A stretch of 63,894 nt of DNA from an uncultured Methanomassiliicoccaceae archaeon (lineage in GTDB: Archaea > Thermoplasmatota > Thermoplasmata > Methanomassiliicoccales > UBA472): positions 8,800 through 72,693 of the forward strand of contig CAYHAO010000002.1 of the NCBI GenBank assembly GCA_964354665.1, read 5' to 3'. Below are positions 61,583 through 63,894 of this stretch, one piece after another (positions within the stretch are counted from its first letter, which is position 1; each line of letters opens with the position of its first letter). Under the pieces are notes generated by a model. The model searched no databases. It worked only from the letters and a program-made list of their open reading frames with translations, and was not told where the DNA came from. The position numbers were made by a program, and so were the translations under genes.

Positions 61583-61673
61583 GATTGTAGATTCCTATAT
61601 ATCCTTTTTTCTCGCAGATAGCCATAGATAATTCGTCATTCTGGAAAAAATCCAATACGGAGTGTATCCGAAA

Positions 61674-61694
61674 GCCCGAACCTCATGGCATCCC
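61674..61694. repeat. 21-bp direct repeat copy 1: GCCCGAACCTCATGGCATCCC
   Basis: Abuts the stop codon of the META gene. Consensus GCCCGAACCT[CA]A[TC]GGCATCCC is shared with 62203..62223 and 62603..62623. Confidence 0.8.
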
Positions 61695-62179
61695 TATTGA
61701 TCCATACCCTTACGGAACAATAAAACGGTCGCTCCGTCTTCAGACCACATCTCCATGGCGTCCTCCTCCGAGTGCAACTTTCTCACTACCGCCAAAGCCT
61801 TGAAGAATGCGTCCTCTACCGCCATTGTCTCTTCACAGTACATCATGGTCGATGCAAGAAGGCCGATGCGGATACCCTCCCCTTCCAACTTGTAATCGCC
61901 GAAGAACTGGTTGCATCCTCCCCTTCCAAAGGCTCTGCTGTTCGAGCCTAGTGTAATGTTTGCTCCGGCTTCCTCTACATCATCGATGGCCGTCCCTTCA
62001 AACACAATCGAAAGGAGATGCCACTTAATATCCAACAACCCAGCCGGTCCGTTCACATACATCTTATGATTCTTGGTCGCATAAGAATATCGCCGACATT
62101 TATAGAATATTACTGAAGGCCGTGGTCCAGTGATACGTAAAGTTGCCAGGATAAGTTTTAGAATAATTAAGAAAAGCAA
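61694..62179 (-). CDS. META domain (HslJ-like) protein
   Basis: Motifs …DIKWHLLSIVFEG…, …AFGRGGCNQFFGDYKLEGEGIRIGLLASTMMYC…, …EDAFFKALAVVRKLH…LLF. The start is uncertain: TTG at 62179 would give a hydrophobic leader, and ATG at 62062 is the alternative. GC is lower than the flanks. Confidence 0.7.
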   Translation of the reverse strand: MLFLIILKLILATLRITGPRPSVIFYKCRRYSYATKNHKMYVNGPAGLLDIKWHLLSIVFEGTAIDDVEEAGANITLGSNSRAFGRGGCNQFFGDYKLEGEGIRIGLLASTMMYCEETMAVEDAFFKALAVVRKLHSEEDAMEMWSEDGATVLLFRKGMDQ

Positions 62180-62202
62180 TGGTCTTTGACTTGTCTCTCA
62201 TA

Positions 62203-62223
62203 GCCCGAACCTAACGGCATCCC
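62203..62223. repeat. 21-bp direct repeat copy 2: GCCCGAACCTAACGGCATCCC
   Basis: Intergenic, between the small membrane-protein gene and the META gene. Exactly 400 nt from copy 3. Confidence 0.8.
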
Positions 62224-62276
62224 CCCATTTTTGTCCATTTCTGCTTAAACCTAGTTTGGTATTTGTGGAAAGTTGA

Positions 62277-62558
62277 TCAAGCCTGACGACTACGCTCATT
62301 GAATTCTATTGTTCTCAAATTCCCAATATCCTTATTGGCCATCATTACTCTTCTTATCCCGTCAATAATCACGATTATTGAGATGATGCCAATTATGAAT
62401 GCCAGCCATATCCACGAATCGAAAGGTGGTTCCGAGCTCATGAATGACGACCAGCCCAACACTAGAGCGATTATGAGAAGAATTCCGCCAAACCAGGCTT
62501 CCATTTCGCCATGAGATTTTTGCTGGCTAGCTACGATATACTCCATTAATAGGTTCAT
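62277..62558 (-). CDS. Small 2-TM membrane protein, hypothetical (93 aa)
   Basis: I chose the ATG at 62558. The track ORF starts at TTG 62642 and reads through repeat copy 3. Hydrophobic segments: …WFGGILLIIALVLGWSSF…WIWLAFIIGIISIIVIIDGI… About 37% GC. Confidence 0.5.
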   Translation of the reverse strand: MNLLMEYIVASQQKSHGEMEAWFGGILLIIALVLGWSSFMSSEPPFDSWIWLAFIIGIISIIVIIDGIRRVMMANKDIGNLRTIEFNERSRQA

Positions 62559-62602
62559 TACCAAATAAGCTGAGCGGGAAAATAAATAAGTTGCGTGAGA
62601 AG

Positions 62603-62623
62603 GCCCGAACCTCACGGCATCCC
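62603..62623. repeat. 21-bp direct repeat copy 3: GCCCGAACCTCACGGCATCCC
   Basis: Lies 45-65 nt upstream of the ATG at 62558, followed on the coding strand by TATA-like TTATTTATTTT. Confidence 0.8.
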
Positions 62624-62859
62624 TAACGACGACGAACGACAAAAAGACCTCGAAAACAGCCTAATAAAATAATGTTAATATTATTAAATTATTTTACCCT
62701 CACTGGATGCCAACAGTTACATTTATATAGAGGACATTAGAGAGAATTATATACTACCCCCGATCAGCGGTGCGGGGGGTCCAATTTGAACCTTCTTATC
62801 TCAAATCGGATCATGTCCAAATAAAAAATGAAAAGAAGGAAAAGGGTTTCTGCTCCTGG

Positions 62860-63894
62860 TCACTTCTTGCGCCTCATCATCAGGAAGGCGATGGCCGCGA
62901 TGGCGATGATTGCGACCACAGCGATCCCAACGTACAGCATCGTATTGTCGGTGCCTCCGTCCCCGCCGCCTTCCTGGGAGGCGGCATTCACCGTCGCGGA
63001 CTCTGCCCCAGCGCCATTGGCGTTGGTGGCGACAACAGAGTACGAATATGTCACTCCCGCGGTCCCAGAGGTGTCCACGTAGGTAAGGGTGCTAGCATCT
63101 ACGGTGCCGAGCAAGGAGGCGGCTCCTTCAGCCTGTCTGCGATAAACCTTATAACCGGTGATATCGGAGCCTCCATCGTCAGCCGGAGCCTGCCAGGTCA
63201 GGGTGACCTTGCCCTCCCCTGGCGTCGCCACTAGGTTCTGTGGGTAGGAGGGCGTCCCGGACGGCTGTTCTGTGGCCGTGGCCGAGTCCTCGCTGGAGAA
63301 CGCGCTGTCCCCGAAGGAGTTGCTAGCCTTCACCTTATAGAAGTAGGGAGTGCCGATCACCGCGGATGAGTCCGTGTAGGTCAGCTGCCCACCTGAGACC
63401 GTGGCCAACGGGGTCGTTCCCTGCCCGTTGGAGGTCGTGGCGCGGAAGATCAGGTAGCTGGTTACTCCTGATCCCACCTGAGATGGCGCATCCCAGGTAA
63501 GCACGATGGCGCCGACCTGCCCGACCGCGTTTAGATTCGTCGGGGCTCCGGGGGCCGTCCCTGCCTGCGAAGGCGTCGCCTGCGCAGTGTTCGAGGCCGG
63601 GCTGGAGCCGACGCCGTTGACGGCCTTGACCACATAGTAATAGGTGTTGCCGTTGGTCACCGCGGTATCGTTATAGGTCAGGGTCCCAACAGCCACGTTG
63701 CCGATGGGCGTGGTGCCGATGCTGCCCGCGCTAGCCCCGCGGAAGACGTCATAGCGTGTGATAGCCGAGGTCCCAGGGCTGGTAGGCACGTCCCAAGTCA
63801 AGATGACATAACCATCGTGGCCCATCGCTGCCAGGTTCCTAGGCGCTGTGGGCGCGGAGGGGCCGGAAGGAGTGGCCGTGGCCGTGTTCGAGGC
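62860..63894 (-). CDS. Surface protein with tandem fibronectin type III domains and C-terminal TM anchor; 5' end beyond the window
   Basis: At least 3 FN3 units (…LTWDAP…GS.(V/I)T.Y.(I/V)(F/Y)R…Y.D…G..Y.Y.V.A.N..G.S…). Tail …MLYVGIAVVAIIAIAAIAFLMMRRKK. The frame stays open upstream of the listed Met to the window edge (…ASNTATATPSGPSAPTAPRNLAAM…). Confidence 0.8.
   Translation of the reverse strand, partial: ASNTATATPSGPSAPTAPRNLAAMGHDGYVILTWDVPTSPGTSAITRYDVFRGASAGSIGTTPIGNVAVGTLTYNDTAVTNGNTYYYVVKAVNGVGSSPASNTAQATPSQAGTAPGAPTNLNAVGQVGAIVLTWDAPSQVGSGVTSYLIFRATTSNGQGTTPLATVSGGQLTYTDSSAVIGTPYFYKVKASNSFGDSAFSSEDSATATEQPSGTPSYPQNLVATPGEGKVTLTWQAPADDGGSDITGYKVYRRQAEGAASLLGTVDASTLTYVDTSGTAGVTYSYSVVATNANGAGAESATVNAASQEGGGDGGTDNTMLYVGIAVVAIIAIAAIAFLMMRRKK

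Noticed and set aside
61674-62623. Reading the three 21-bp repeats as integron attC sites or gene cassettes
   Set aside because: The copies are short direct repeats without the imperfect inverted-repeat structure of attC. GCCCGAAC only loosely resembles the RYYYAAC core. No integron integrase is visible. I kept it as an open observation and did not call a mobile element.
1-63894. Scan for CRISPR arrays, tRNA, rRNA, C/D-box sRNAs, IS elements, transposases, integrases and defence or toxin-antitoxin genes
   Set aside because: I found no regularly spaced short repeats, no T-loop (GTTCGAATC-like) or cloverleaf candidates in any intergenic spacer, and no transposase- or integrase-like ORFs. An ATGATGA near 47747 lacks a matching CTGA D box. 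Absence is judged by eye only; tRNAscan, Infernal and defence-system profile searches would be decisive.

Overview
This is a GC-rich (about 60% by eye) archaeal chromosomal segment. The archaeal markers are Pelota, MJ0400/MJ1249-type ADH-pathway shikimate genes, a GHMP-type shikimate kinase, the COG1900 homocysteine enzyme and AT-rich TATA-like promoters. A Thermoplasmatota/Methanomassiliicoccales-like origin is only a guess. I support about 63 protein genes and recognised no rRNA, tRNA, CRISPR array or IS element.

Gene content from left to right:
- A giant, window-truncated secreted C1 peptidase with tandem Ig-like repeats. It is absent from the ORF track.
- pstS(duplicated)-pstC-pstA-pstB-phoU, with a divergent AbrB-PhoU regulator.
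- An Icd-like dehydrogenase with leuC/leuD-type genes.
- pelota, then carA and carB.
- An ACT-domain regulator plus EamA exporter, divergent from a 10-gene operon that joins the archaeal shikimate pathway to asd and the aspartate-semialdehyde (ASA)-dependent homocysteine genes.
- A COG2122 (UPF0280) gene, an unknown 323-aa protein, tag, and a wHTH regulator.
- hisG-C-H-A-B-F-IE, continuing without gaps into a PHP phosphatase, aspartate kinase and pheA.
- An aminotransferase with two flavin-reductase-like paralogs.
- A LURP-one-like protein, MTAP, a REC-GAF-PAS response regulator, bcp, gcvH and hypF.
- An accessory-looking right end (54-64 kb) with tail-anchored surface proteins.

The best candidate for an undescribed system is a tightly overlapped six-gene operon at 55358..61526. 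It couples two surface-anchored DUF4430 (transcobalamin-like) proteins, one fused to a PQQ beta-propeller and a PKD domain, to a dedicated ECF transporter. A 35-bp palindrome sits just upstream. Next to it is a 1.3-kb low-GC islet whose two small genes are bracketed by three copies of a 21-bp direct repeat.

All functional calls rest on motif recognition and gene context. No database search was run.
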